The notes under the pieces are model-generated. The model was not told the origin of the DNA. It worked only from the letters and a program-made list of their open reading frames with translations, and did no database searches. Both the position numbers and the translations under genes were made by a program. From Actinomycetota bacterium (GTDB taxonomy: Bacteria > Actinomycetota > Thermoleophilia > Gaiellales > Gaiellaceae): 30,664 nt of DNA. The stretch covers positions 1 through 30,664 of the forward strand of contig JACCYG010000056.1 in assembly GCA_013696595.1 (NCBI GenBank). Direction: 5' to 3'. How positions within the stretch are numbered: the stretch's first letter is position 1; each line of letters begins with the position of its first letter. This document shows positions 1 through 7,571 of this stretch, piece after piece.

Positions 1-669
1 GCTGAAGGGAAGGAGATCCTCGAAGCTTCCGCCGCCGCGGGTGAGCACGAGGACGTCGACGTCCGGCTCCTGCGCGAGCGCTGTGAGCGCGGACACGATC
101 GCGGCGGACGCCTGGGGCCCCTGAACGTACGTCTCGGCCACGAGGACGTTGGCGGCGGGGAAGCGTGCCGCCACCGCCGTGAGGAAGTCGCGCTTGGCCG
201 CCGCTTCGTTCCCGGTCAGAAGGGCGATCCGTCGCGGGAAGAGCGGTAGCTGCCGCTTCCGCTCGGGCGCGAAAAGACCCTCGGCTGCGAGCGCGCGCTT
301 CAGCCGTTCGATCCCGGCGAGGATCGCGCCGAGCCCGAGCGCCTCGATCGTGAGCGCGCGGAGGCGAAACGCGCCGCGCGACTCGTAGAGCTCGGGGCGG
401 CCGAAGACGTGCACGGTCATCCCGTCCATGAGCTCGAGGCGAAGCGCGTCGAACCGGGCCCTCGCCATCGAGACCGGGAGGCAGGCGCCGTCCCCCGTGT
501 CCTTGAGCGTGAAGAAGATGCTCTGCCAGCCCTCTTGGCGGCGGAGCTCCGTCACCTCGCCTTCGATCCAAACCGTGGGGAGGCGCTCGAGCCACGATGA
601 GACGCCGCGGTTGAACCCGGAGACGGAGTAGACCTTCCGGTCGCCGTAGACGAGCGGCTCGACCTTCAC
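1..669 (-). CDS. xseA: Exodeoxyribonuclease VII large subunit, N-terminal part (runs off the window start)
   Basis: Manual translation from GTG at 669: VKVEPLVYGDRKVYSVSGFNRGVSSWLERLPTVWIEGEV...FFTLKD...GLFAPERKRQLPLFPRRIALLTG...YVQG...DVDVLVLTRGGGSFEDLLPFS. The WIEGEV, FTLKD and RGGGSxEDL motifs are typical of XseA. Absent from the supplied ORF track because there is no stop codon in the window. Confidence 0.93.
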   Translation of the reverse strand, partial: MKVEPLVYGDRKVYSVSGFNRGVSSWLERLPTVWIEGEVTELRRQEGWQSIFFTLKDTGDGACLPVSMARARFDALRLELMDGMTVHVFGRPELYESRGAFRLRALTIEALGLGAILAGIERLKRALAAEGLFAPERKRQLPLFPRRIALLTGNEAAAKRDFLTAVAARFPAANVLVAETYVQGPQASAAIVSALTALAQEPDVDVLVLTRGGGSFEDLLPFS

Positions 670-747
670 GCCGTGGAATGTAGCCGCGCCGATGGTGCTG
701 CGGACGCTCCGGCTCGCCGGACGGCGGGCCGGGCCTGCCCGTCCGAC

Positions 748-771
748 GGGCCGGAGATATCCGGCCCCTAC
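748..771 (-). repeat. GTAG-headed REP-like hairpin, copy 1
   Basis: Minus strand GTAG-GGGCCGGA-TATC-TCCGGCCC, a perfect 8-bp stem. The TAG of GTAG is the stop codon of the 768..992 gene. Confidence 0.7.
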
Positions 772-992
772 AGGAGGATTTCGGCGGCGAGCTCGGGATT
801 GCAGCCGCGCTCGGCCACGATCGTCACGGCCTCGTGCAGATCGGCGTTCGACTGCGCGATGCGCTCGGCGAGCGGGAGCGGGTACCCGGCCTCCATGAGG
901 ACGTGCAGGCGCCAGCCTTCGACTTTCGCGCGCTCGTCCCGGGTCGGCTCGACGACTGCCAGCTCGTCCTCCATCAGCTCAAGCTCTTCCAT
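768..992 (-). CDS. Small hypothetical protein (74 aa), acidic N-terminus plus a predicted helical domain
   Basis: MEELELMEDELAVVEPTRDERAKVEGWRLHVLMEAGYPLPLAERIAQSNADLHEAVTIVAERGCNPELAAEILL. Protein-like composition, unlike the Arg/Pro-rich shadow ORFs. ATG at 992 is preferred over the track start at 1088, which would overlap a REP. Confidence 0.75.
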   Translation of the reverse strand: MEELELMEDELAVVEPTRDERAKVEGWRLHVLMEAGYPLPLAERIAQSNADLHEAVTIVAERGCNPELAAEILL

Positions 993-1052
993 TCCGCGCT
1001 GTTTCTGCCTTCCGTTGACGTTCCCTGCTCCGAAAAGTTGTCCGCACCAGGT

Positions 1053-1075
1053 GTAGGGCCCGGATAGATCCGCCC
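1053..1075 (+). repeat. GTAG-headed REP-like hairpin, copy 2 (imperfect)
   Basis: GTAG-GGCCCGGA-TAGA-TCCGCCC, closely resembling copy 1 but in opposite orientation. Confidence 0.55.
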
Positions 1076-1088
1076 GAGGCGGCCGCAA

Positions 1089-2420
1089 TCACACGTTTCC
1101 CGCCCGGATAACGCGCTCGAGCTCTTCCCGCTTGGCCGCGACCTCGCTCTCGATCTGAATCTCGAAGGCCGCGATGCGATCCTCGGCGCGCTTGAGGGCG
1201 TCCTCGAGGCGCTCGGAGACGGTCCGCAGGCGTTCTGCCGACACCTCGTGCTGGGCCTCTGCGCTTCGTGTGATGTCGACGATCCGACGCTCGAGGCTCG
1301 CCGCGGTCGCGTGGGCGACCTCGGTGTTGCGGTCGGAGATCTCCCTTTCGGCGCGCCACGCAAACTGTTCCATTGCCTTGTCGAGCTCCTGCGAGAGCCG
1401 TTCCGCCGATTTCTCCCGCGACTGCTTGATCTGGGCGTCGAAGCGTCTCTCCGCCTCCTCGGTGAGCCGCGTTGCCGCACGGTCGAGAGAGCGCTCGAGG
1501 CTCTCGAGCTGTCGTCGCGTCGCGTCTTCGTATCCGGTCGCAAGACGCGCATGTGCCTCGGCCTCCTCCCGCTCGATCTGCTCGCGTAAGTCACGCTCGC
1601 GGCGACGGAGGCGTCCCGCGAGCTCCTTGAGGGCACGCTCGCGTTCGGCCGCGTGCGCCTCCTGTTCGCTTCGGCTCTCCTCGATAAGCGAAGCGGCCAC
1701 CTGCTGCAGCTCGGCGCGGAGCCGGACGACGGCGGCCTGCTGCTCTTCGGTCGCGCCCTTCAGGTGCTCCGCGTCTGCGGAGAGGCGCGCGTTGTACGCC
1801 TCGACGGCCTCGTTCTGGCGCTGGGCAAGGTTGTTCAGGCGGGCCTCGAGCACCCGTTGGCCGCGGTCGAGGTCGGCCGCCCAGGCGGTCAGGCGCTGTT
1901 CGAGCCGTTCCTGAACCTCTCCGATCGACCGGGCGAGCTCCGCGCGGGCCACGTCGGCCTGGCGGGCCATGAGATCCCGCCGCTCGCGTGCTAGCTGGCG
2001 CTCCTGCTCGCCGAGCGCATGGATCGCGTTCGCCCGTTCCCGCGCGAGCGTCCGCTCGAGCTCGGTCGCGCGCTCCTTCGCGTGCGCGTCGAGCTCGGCT
2101 GCGAAGTGCGCTCGGGCCTCCTCGATTGCCTCGCGTTGGTCACGGATGCGACCGAGACCGCGCCTGAGCGGGTAGAGCCCCGCCTCGGCGATCGCGGCTG
2201 CGCCGAGACCGGCGGCTGCGAGGACGAGCGGACCGGTGTCGGCGAAGCGGGCGACGAAGTTGATCCCGAGCCCGATGGCGGCGACCACGGCTCCCGCCGC
2301 CAGAAGGGCGGTCAGCGCGAGGAGGAGGCGCGCCTCGGCCCAGCCGAACATGACGCCGACGAACGAGACGAAAACGACGCCCAAGCCGACGACGAACGCG
2401 ATCTCGAGCAGGGTCTCCAT
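1089..2420 (-). CDS. Membrane-anchored long coiled-coil protein (443 aa), unknown function
   Basis: About three hydrophobic N-terminal segments (residues ~4-85), then ~350 aa rich in E/R/A/L/Q and nearly free of Pro. TAGCAT -10 lies 6 nt before the ATG. Confidence 0.85.
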   Translation of the reverse strand: METLLEIAFVVGLGVVFVSFVGVMFGWAEARLLLALTALLAAGAVVAAIGLGINFVARFADTGPLVLAAAGLGAAAIAEAGLYPLRRGLGRIRDQREAIEEARAHFAAELDAHAKERATELERTLARERANAIHALGEQERQLARERRDLMARQADVARAELARSIGEVQERLEQRLTAWAADLDRGQRVLEARLNNLAQRQNEAVEAYNARLSADAEHLKGATEEQQAAVVRLRAELQQVAASLIEESRSEQEAHAAERERALKELAGRLRRRERDLREQIEREEAEAHARLATGYEDATRRQLESLERSLDRAATRLTEEAERRFDAQIKQSREKSAERLSQELDKAMEQFAWRAEREISDRNTEVAHATAASLERRIVDITRSAEAQHEVSAERLRTVSERLEDALKRAEDRIAAFEIQIESEVAAKREELERVIRAGNV

Positions 2421-2436
2421 GCGCCAATGCTAAGTG

Positions 2437-3597
2437 TCAGAGATGAAGCGAGAGGGTTTCCAGGCCCTCCGAGGAGCTGTCGGGCGCCCGGAACCGGCGC
2501 AGAGCGGCCTCGGCCACGCGGCCGGCGAGAACGTCGGATGAGGTTCCTGCGCCAGACGCGTTCCATGTCATCACGGAGACGACGAAGGCGCCGTCGGGCG
2601 AGTAGACGATGCCGCTGTCGTGACGCGCGTCCGAGACCCAGCCTGCCTTGTGAGGTACGACGACGTCCGGGTCCATGAACCGATCGAGCTTCCCGCGGTC
2701 GGCGGAATGAGCCAAGGTGTAGAGGAGAAAGCGCGCGTCGGCCGGAGTGAAAGAGCCCTGGAGCTCGTTCACGAGCGGGCCACCTCCTCCCGCTGCGAGA
2801 TGGAGGCCCCTATGGAGCTGAGCGAGATCCCACGCAGTCGTGTACTTCCCCTCGAAGTCCGGCTGGCTCTCGACCTCGAGCGGAATCGGCCCGGCGCCCG
2901 TCGAGACCAGGTAGCCGCCGTACAGGTACGAGTCCGTGAGGCCGAGCGCGGCCATCGTCTCGTTCACCTGCGCCGCGCCGCCCGTCTCCGATCCGCCCAG
3001 CCACGAGAGAAGCTCGTTCGACGCCGCGTTGTCAGAGTGGATCAGCATGAGGTCGAGAAGCCGCCCGAGCGACGATCCACGCGCGGCCCGCCCGTTGAGG
3101 ACGCGCATCGCCTCGATGGCGATCGCGATCTTCACGGAGGACGCCGCGGGGAAGCGGGCGCGCGCGTTCCAGGCGGCGCCCGCGCCTGTATCGAGGTTCT
3201 CGACGTAGATCCCCGAGGTGCCCGGGAACTTCTTGATCAGACGCTCGATCTGTCGCGCGAGAACGGCGTCCTCGTACGGGCGCGCGGCTCCGGCGTCGGC
3301 CGCGGGCGGCAGGCCGAAGACGGGAGAGACGGTGCGCGCGGCCTCGTTGCCGAGGGCGTCCTCGGCGACGACGCGTACGGCCGAATCGCGCGGCGGAAGC
3401 TCGATCCGAAGCTCGAACCGCCCGTCGAGTACCTCCGCCGCGGCCTCCTCGCGTCCGTTCACGAGCACGACGACGCGATCGACGCCGGCGTCGACGGTTC
3501 CGGCCACGCGTCCGAAGGAGATCTCGTGCGGAGCCGGTGCGACGATCGCCGGCCGATCGACGTGCACGGACAGCTCGACGGGGAGCGCGAAGGCCAT
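2437..3597 (-). CDS. Class A beta-lactamase-like serine hydrolase with an N-terminal beta-rich (Ig-like) domain
   Basis: SxxK in FPAASSVK, SDN in HSDNAA, K(T/A)G in VPHKAGW, plus RHDSGIV. GGAAGG RBS 5 nt before ATG 3597. Confidence 0.85.
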   Translation of the reverse strand: MAFALPVELSVHVDRPAIVAPAPHEISFGRVAGTVDAGVDRVVVLVNGREEAAAEVLDGRFELRIELPPRDSAVRVVAEDALGNEAARTVSPVFGLPPAADAGAARPYEDAVLARQIERLIKKFPGTSGIYVENLDTGAGAAWNARARFPAASSVKIAIAIEAMRVLNGRAARGSSLGRLLDLMLIHSDNAASNELLSWLGGSETGGAAQVNETMAALGLTDSYLYGGYLVSTGAGPIPLEVESQPDFEGKYTTAWDLAQLHRGLHLAAGGGGPLVNELQGSFTPADARFLLYTLAHSADRGKLDRFMDPDVVVPHKAGWVSDARHDSGIVYSPDGAFVVSVMTWNASGAGTSSDVLAGRVAEAALRRFRAPDSSSEGLETLSLHL

Positions 3598-3653
3598 GGC
3601 GACCTTCCATGATGACGAGCCTGAGGCGGCCTGGGCACGGTTATCGTGGGGCG

Positions 3654-4202
3654 GTGGAACTGGAGGCGGAGATCGCCGCGGCCGCCGCTCGCGCTCGCGC
3701 GCTCGCCGACACGGATGAAGAGCTTGTCGGGGTCATCGCGGCCGAGCCGGACGGCGGCGTCCGCGTTTACCTGTGTGCCTACGGAGCCGGCGAGTCGCGG
3801 CGTTGGCTTGCGCTCGACGCGTCGGGTACGCCGATCGTCGACCGGCGGGTGGTCAGGGACGCGGTCGCGATCGCGGCCATGTGCGAGCTCGCCGAGGAGA
3901 GTGCGGGGGGAGGCGACGTCGGCGAGCTTCGGGCCCGCCTGGTCGAGCTGCGCCTCACGGAGAACCCGGAGGGGATCGACGAGGCGGAGGTCGCGGCCGC
4001 GGAGCTCCAGGAGACGCTTGCGGCGTCTCCCCGCGTCGCGAGCGTCGCCTACCTCGACGCGATCGGCGTGGCCGCGGCGCGGCTCGAGCAGGCGCTCGGG
4101 GGCGGCGGCTCGCCTTTCGCCGAGGCTATGAAGCTCGGGGTCGAGGCGGCCGAGGACCTCGCCGTCGAGGTCGAGCGCACGTACAAGGCGCCGCTCAGTT
4201 GA
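3654..4202 (+). CDS. Hypothetical protein (182 aa)
   Basis: MELEAEIAAAAARARALAD...GVIAAEPDGGVRVYLCAY...RWLALD...AMCELAEESAGGGD. GTG at 3654 lies 6 nt after TATCGT (3642-3647). Confidence 0.8.
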   Translation: MELEAEIAAAAARARALADTDEELVGVIAAEPDGGVRVYLCAYGAGESRRWLALDASGTPIVDRRVVRDAVAIAAMCELAEESAGGGDVGELRARLVELRLTENPEGIDEAEVAAAELQETLAASPRVASVAYLDAIGVAAARLEQALGGGGSPFAEAMKLGVEAAEDLAVEVERTYKAPLS

Positions 4203-4203
4203 C

Positions 4204-4266
4204 GGTCGGCGCGAGACCCGCCCCTACCGGTCATCTGCGGCCCTGTGGGGCCGGGCTGCCCGGCCC
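4204..4266. repeat. Pair of degenerate REP-like hairpins, head to head (copy 3 on minus strand, copy 3b on plus strand)
   Basis: 4204-4227 GGTCGGCGCGAGACCCGCCC-CTAC (minus-strand GTAG head, imperfect stem). 4245-4266 GTG-GGGCCGGG-CTG-CCCGGCCC (perfect 8-bp stem, head lacks the A). Confidence 0.45.
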
Positions 4267-4301
4267 GCGGGTAACGTCCAGAGACCGACGAAAGGAACGA
4301 G

Positions 4302-4598
4302 ATGGAGGGTGGCGGATTCGGGTTTCCCTTCGGGGGAGATCCCGAGGATCTGATGCGCGGCCTCCGCGAGTTCGCGGAGCGGCAGACCGAGGCGGTACAG
4401 GAATCGCAGCGCGAGCAGTTCGCCACGCTCACGCTCAACACGGCGGTTGAGCTGACCGGGGCCGCGCTCGGCAGGCTCCAGGTGCAGGGCTCGCCCGACG
4501 AGCAGGCGATCGCGCTCCGCGATGCGATGCGCGTGCTCTTTCCCGAGGCGGTCGCGCTCGTCTCGGCGGCGCGTCAGGGCTTCATGCGCGAGAGCTGA
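4302..4598 (+). CDS. Small hypothetical protein (98 aa)
   Basis: MEGGGFGFPFGGDPEDLMRGLREFAERQ...ALRDAMRVLFPEAVALVSAARQGF. AAGGA RBS-like sequence upstream. Helical, protein-like composition. Confidence 0.8.
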   Translation: MEGGGFGFPFGGDPEDLMRGLREFAERQTEAVQESQREQFATLTLNTAVELTGAALGRLQVQGSPDEQAIALRDAMRVLFPEAVALVSAARQGFMRES

Positions 4599-4600
4599 TC

Positions 4601-4635
4601 GAGGGACGCGGGCGGGGCAAGCCCCGGCCCTACAG
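4601..4635 (-). repeat. GTAG-headed REP-like hairpin, copy 4
   Basis: Plus strand GAGGGACGC-GGGCGGGGC-AA-GCCCCGGCC-CTAC-AG, nearly identical to 27016-27046 and 13964-13988. Lies between convergent stop codons. Confidence 0.75.
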
Positions 4636-4641
4636 AAACCG

Positions 4642-6603
4642 CTAGTCCTCGCGCTCCGTCGAGGCGCGCTCCTGGAGCTCCTCGACGACGGTCGGATCGG
4701 CGAGCGTGGTCGTGTCGCCGAGCTCGCGCTTCTCCGCGACGTCGCGGAGGAGCCTGCGCATGATCTTCCCCGAGCGCGTTTTCGGCAGCTCGGGCGTGAA
4801 GACGATGTTCGCCGGCTTCGCGATCGGGCCGATCTTCTTCGCCACGTGGTTGCGGAGCTCCTCGAGCTTCTCGACGTCGCCCTCGTCTCCCCCCTTGAGC
4901 GTGACGTAGGCGACGATGGCCTGGCCGGTCTGGGGATCGTTCCGCCCGCACACGGCAGCCTCGGCCACGGACTGGTGGTCGACGAGGGCGCTCTCGACCT
5001 CGATCGTCGAGATCCGGTGGCCCGAGACGTTCATGACGTCGTCGACCCGGCCGAGGAGCCAGAAGTCGCCGTCCTCGTCGAGCTTCGCGCCGTCGCCGGC
5101 GAAGTAGAGGCCCTCGTAGCGCGACCAGTACGTCTCGACGTAGCGCTCGTGGTCGTTGTGAATCCCGCGGAGCATGGCCGGCCAGGGCCGCTTGAGAACG
5201 AGGTAGCCGCCTCCGCCCGGGCCGACGTCGTTCCCCTCCTCGTCGAGAACGGCAGGGAGGACGCCCGGGAACGGCTTGGTCGCGCTTCCCGGCTTGAGCG
5301 TCGTCACACCGGGGAGCGGCGTGATCAAGATCATTCCGGTCTCCGTCTGCCACCAGGTGTCGACGACCGGAGTCCGCCCACCGCCGATGTGCTCGCGGTA
5401 CCACATCCAGGCTTCAGGGTTGATCGGCTCCCCGACTGACCCCAGCAGTCGCAGGGAGCTCAGATCGTGCTTCTCGGCGTGCTCCGGGCCCCACTTCATG
5501 TGGGCGCGAATCGCCGTCGGCGCCGTGTAGAGGATGTCGACGCCGTAGCGCTCGACGATCGACCACCAGCGGTCCTTGTCCGGGAAGTCGGGTGTGCCCT
5601 CGTAGAGGACACCTGTGGTCCCGTTGCAGAGCGGCCCGTAGACGATGTAGCTGTGGCCCGTTACCCACCCGATGTCGGCCGCGCACCAGTACACGGAGTC
5701 GGGCTTCACGTCGAAGATGTAGTGGTGAGTCGTCGCGACGCCGACGAGGTAGCCGGCGGTCGTGTGGACGATCCCCTTCGGCTTCGCGGTCGTGCCGCTC
5801 GTGTAGAGGAGGTAGAGGAGATCCTCGGAATCCATCTCCTCGCAGGGGCACGAGGAGGGATCGTCGCTCTCGCCCTCGACGATCTCGTGCCACCAGACGT
5901 CGCGGCCATCCTCGATGGCCACGTCGCTTCGGGTTCTCCTCAACACCACGGCCCGCTTGACGCCGGGCGAAGCGGCCAGTGCCTCGTCCGCGTTCTTCTT
6001 CAACGGGACGGTTGAACCTCGGCGCCATCCCTCGTCCTGCGTGATGAGGATCTCGCACTCCATGTCGTTCAGGCGGCCGGAGAGCGAGTCCGCCGAGAAC
6101 CCGCCGAAGACCACGGTGTGCGGGGCGCCGAGGCGCGCGCACGCGAGCATTGCAACCGGGAGCTCTGGGACCATGCCCATATAGATCCCCACCGGCGTGC
6201 CCTTCTCGACGCCGAGCTTCTTGAGTGCGTTCGCGAAGCGCACGACGTCCCGCTGGAGGTCCGCGAACGTGATCGTGCGTGTCTCGCCCTCGGGCTCGCC
6301 CTCCCAGTGGTAGGCGACGTTCTCGCCGTTCCCCGCCTCGACGTGGCGGTCGACGCAGTTGAAGCAGACGTTCAGCTTTCCGCCGAGATACCACTTCGCG
6401 TAGGGCGGCTCCCACTCGTAGAGCTTGTCGAAGGGCTTGAACCACGAGACCCGTTCGCGGCCCTCCGCCTCCCAGAGCTCCTCCCAGTCGCGCTCGTAGA
6501 TGTCGGGCCTCGCATTCGCCTGCGTGGCGAACTCCAGCGAAGGCGGATAGGTGCGCTCCTCGAGGAAGAGCGCGTCGATCGCATGCCGGGGTGCGGTCGT
6601 CAC
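4642..6603 (-). CDS. acs: Acetyl-CoA synthetase (AMP-forming)
   Basis: YTSGTTAKPKG AMP-binding loop, WCAADIGWVTGHSYIVYGPL, VDTWWQTETG, GRVDDVMNVSGHR, PKTRSGKIMRRLL. Confidence 0.98.
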   Translation of the reverse strand: MTTAPRHAIDALFLEERTYPPSLEFATQANARPDIYERDWEELWEAEGRERVSWFKPFDKLYEWEPPYAKWYLGGKLNVCFNCVDRHVEAGNGENVAYHWEGEPEGETRTITFADLQRDVVRFANALKKLGVEKGTPVGIYMGMVPELPVAMLACARLGAPHTVVFGGFSADSLSGRLNDMECEILITQDEGWRRGSTVPLKKNADEALAASPGVKRAVVLRRTRSDVAIEDGRDVWWHEIVEGESDDPSSCPCEEMDSEDLLYLLYTSGTTAKPKGIVHTTAGYLVGVATTHHYIFDVKPDSVYWCAADIGWVTGHSYIVYGPLCNGTTGVLYEGTPDFPDKDRWWSIVERYGVDILYTAPTAIRAHMKWGPEHAEKHDLSSLRLLGSVGEPINPEAWMWYREHIGGGRTPVVDTWWQTETGMILITPLPGVTTLKPGSATKPFPGVLPAVLDEEGNDVGPGGGGYLVLKRPWPAMLRGIHNDHERYVETYWSRYEGLYFAGDGAKLDEDGDFWLLGRVDDVMNVSGHRISTIEVESALVDHQSVAEAAVCGRNDPQTGQAIVAYVTLKGGDEGDVEKLEELRNHVAKKIGPIAKPANIVFTPELPKTRSGKIMRRLLRDVAEKRELGDTTTLADPTVVEELQERASTERED

Positions 6604-6612
6604 GGCGGGCGA

Positions 6613-6622
6613 AGTCTAGAAT
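6613..6622. promoter_or_regulatory. Overlapping divergent -10 elements (AGTCTAGAAT) for acs and the proline dehydrogenase gene
   Basis: TAGAAT on plus (6617-6622) and TAGACT on minus (6613-6618) share the CTAG core. The start codons lie 10 and 9 nt downstream, and only 29 bp separate the two genes. Confidence 0.7.
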
Positions 6623-6632
6623 CACGGCCGCC

Positions 6633-7562
6633 GTGGCGCTCCTCGACCGTGCTCTCGTTCGCATGCTCCCGGCCGTCCCCAGGGCGGTCGTGAGGCGCCT
6701 GTCTGAGCGTTACATCGCGGGCCCGGAGATCGCGGACGCCTGCCGGGTTGTTAAGGAGCTCAACGCCCGCGGGCGCACAGCCACGATCGACGTTCTCGGC
6801 GAAGAGGTGACGAGGCGGGAGGAGGCCCGTGCGCTCGTCGGGGAGTACGAGGACGTCTTCGAGACGATTCGGCGTCAGGGGCTCGACACCGGCGTGAGCG
6901 TGAAGCCGACCGGCCTCGGCCTCAAGCTCGACCGCGATCTCTGCCGCGAGAACATCGCTTCGATCGTCCGCTGCGCCGAGGAGCGCGACAACTTCGTCCG
7001 GATCGACATGGAGGACTCGACGACGACGTCGGACACGCTCGCCGTCTACCGTGAGCTTCGCTCGCAGGGTCTCGAGCGTGTCGGCGTCGTCTTACAGGCG
7101 CGGCTGCGCCGCACGATCGAAGACATCCACGCGCTCGCCGACCTGAAGCCGAGCGTGCGGATCTGCAAGGGGATCTACCTCGAGCCGGCCGAGATCGCGT
7201 ACCAGGGCTTCGACACGATCCGCGAGAACTTCGTTCGCGCGATCGAGGAGCTTCTGAGCGCAGGAGCGTACGTCGCCGTCGCCACGCACGACGAATGGGT
7301 CATCGGGCGCGCACTCGAGCTCCTGAAGCGGCACGGGTTGAAGCCTGACGAGTACGAGTTCCAGATGCTGCTCGGCGTTCGCGAGCGGCTCGGCGACGAG
7401 CTTGTCCGCGACGACCACCGCCTGCGGATCTACGTCCCCTACGGACGGCGGTGGTACGAGTACTCGATGCGCCGCCTCCAAGAGAATCCAAAGATCGCGA
7501 CCTACATCGCGATCGACACGCTCGGCCGGCTCCGACCAGGTGGGAACGGGCGTTCGGCGTAA
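6633..7562 (+). CDS. Monofunctional proline dehydrogenase (PutB/ProDH family)
   Basis: YIAG, TIDVLGE, SVKPTGLG, VRIDMED, GVVLQARLRRT, VRICKGIYLEP, AVATHD, EFQMLLGV, RIYVPYG..WYEYSMRRLQENP. Confidence 0.95.
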   Translation: MALLDRALVRMLPAVPRAVVRRLSERYIAGPEIADACRVVKELNARGRTATIDVLGEEVTRREEARALVGEYEDVFETIRRQGLDTGVSVKPTGLGLKLDRDLCRENIASIVRCAEERDNFVRIDMEDSTTTSDTLAVYRELRSQGLERVGVVLQARLRRTIEDIHALADLKPSVRICKGIYLEPAEIAYQGFDTIRENFVRAIEELLSAGAYVAVATHDEWVIGRALELLKRHGLKPDEYEFQMLLGVRERLGDELVRDDHRLRIYVPYGRRWYEYSMRRLQENPKIATYIAIDTLGRLRPGGNGRSA

Positions 7563-7571
7563 GGAGCGGCC

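Noticed and set aside
2437-3597. Calling the serine hydrolase a true beta-lactam resistance gene
   Set aside because: No canonical Glu166 omega-loop context, an extra N-terminal domain and no mobile context.
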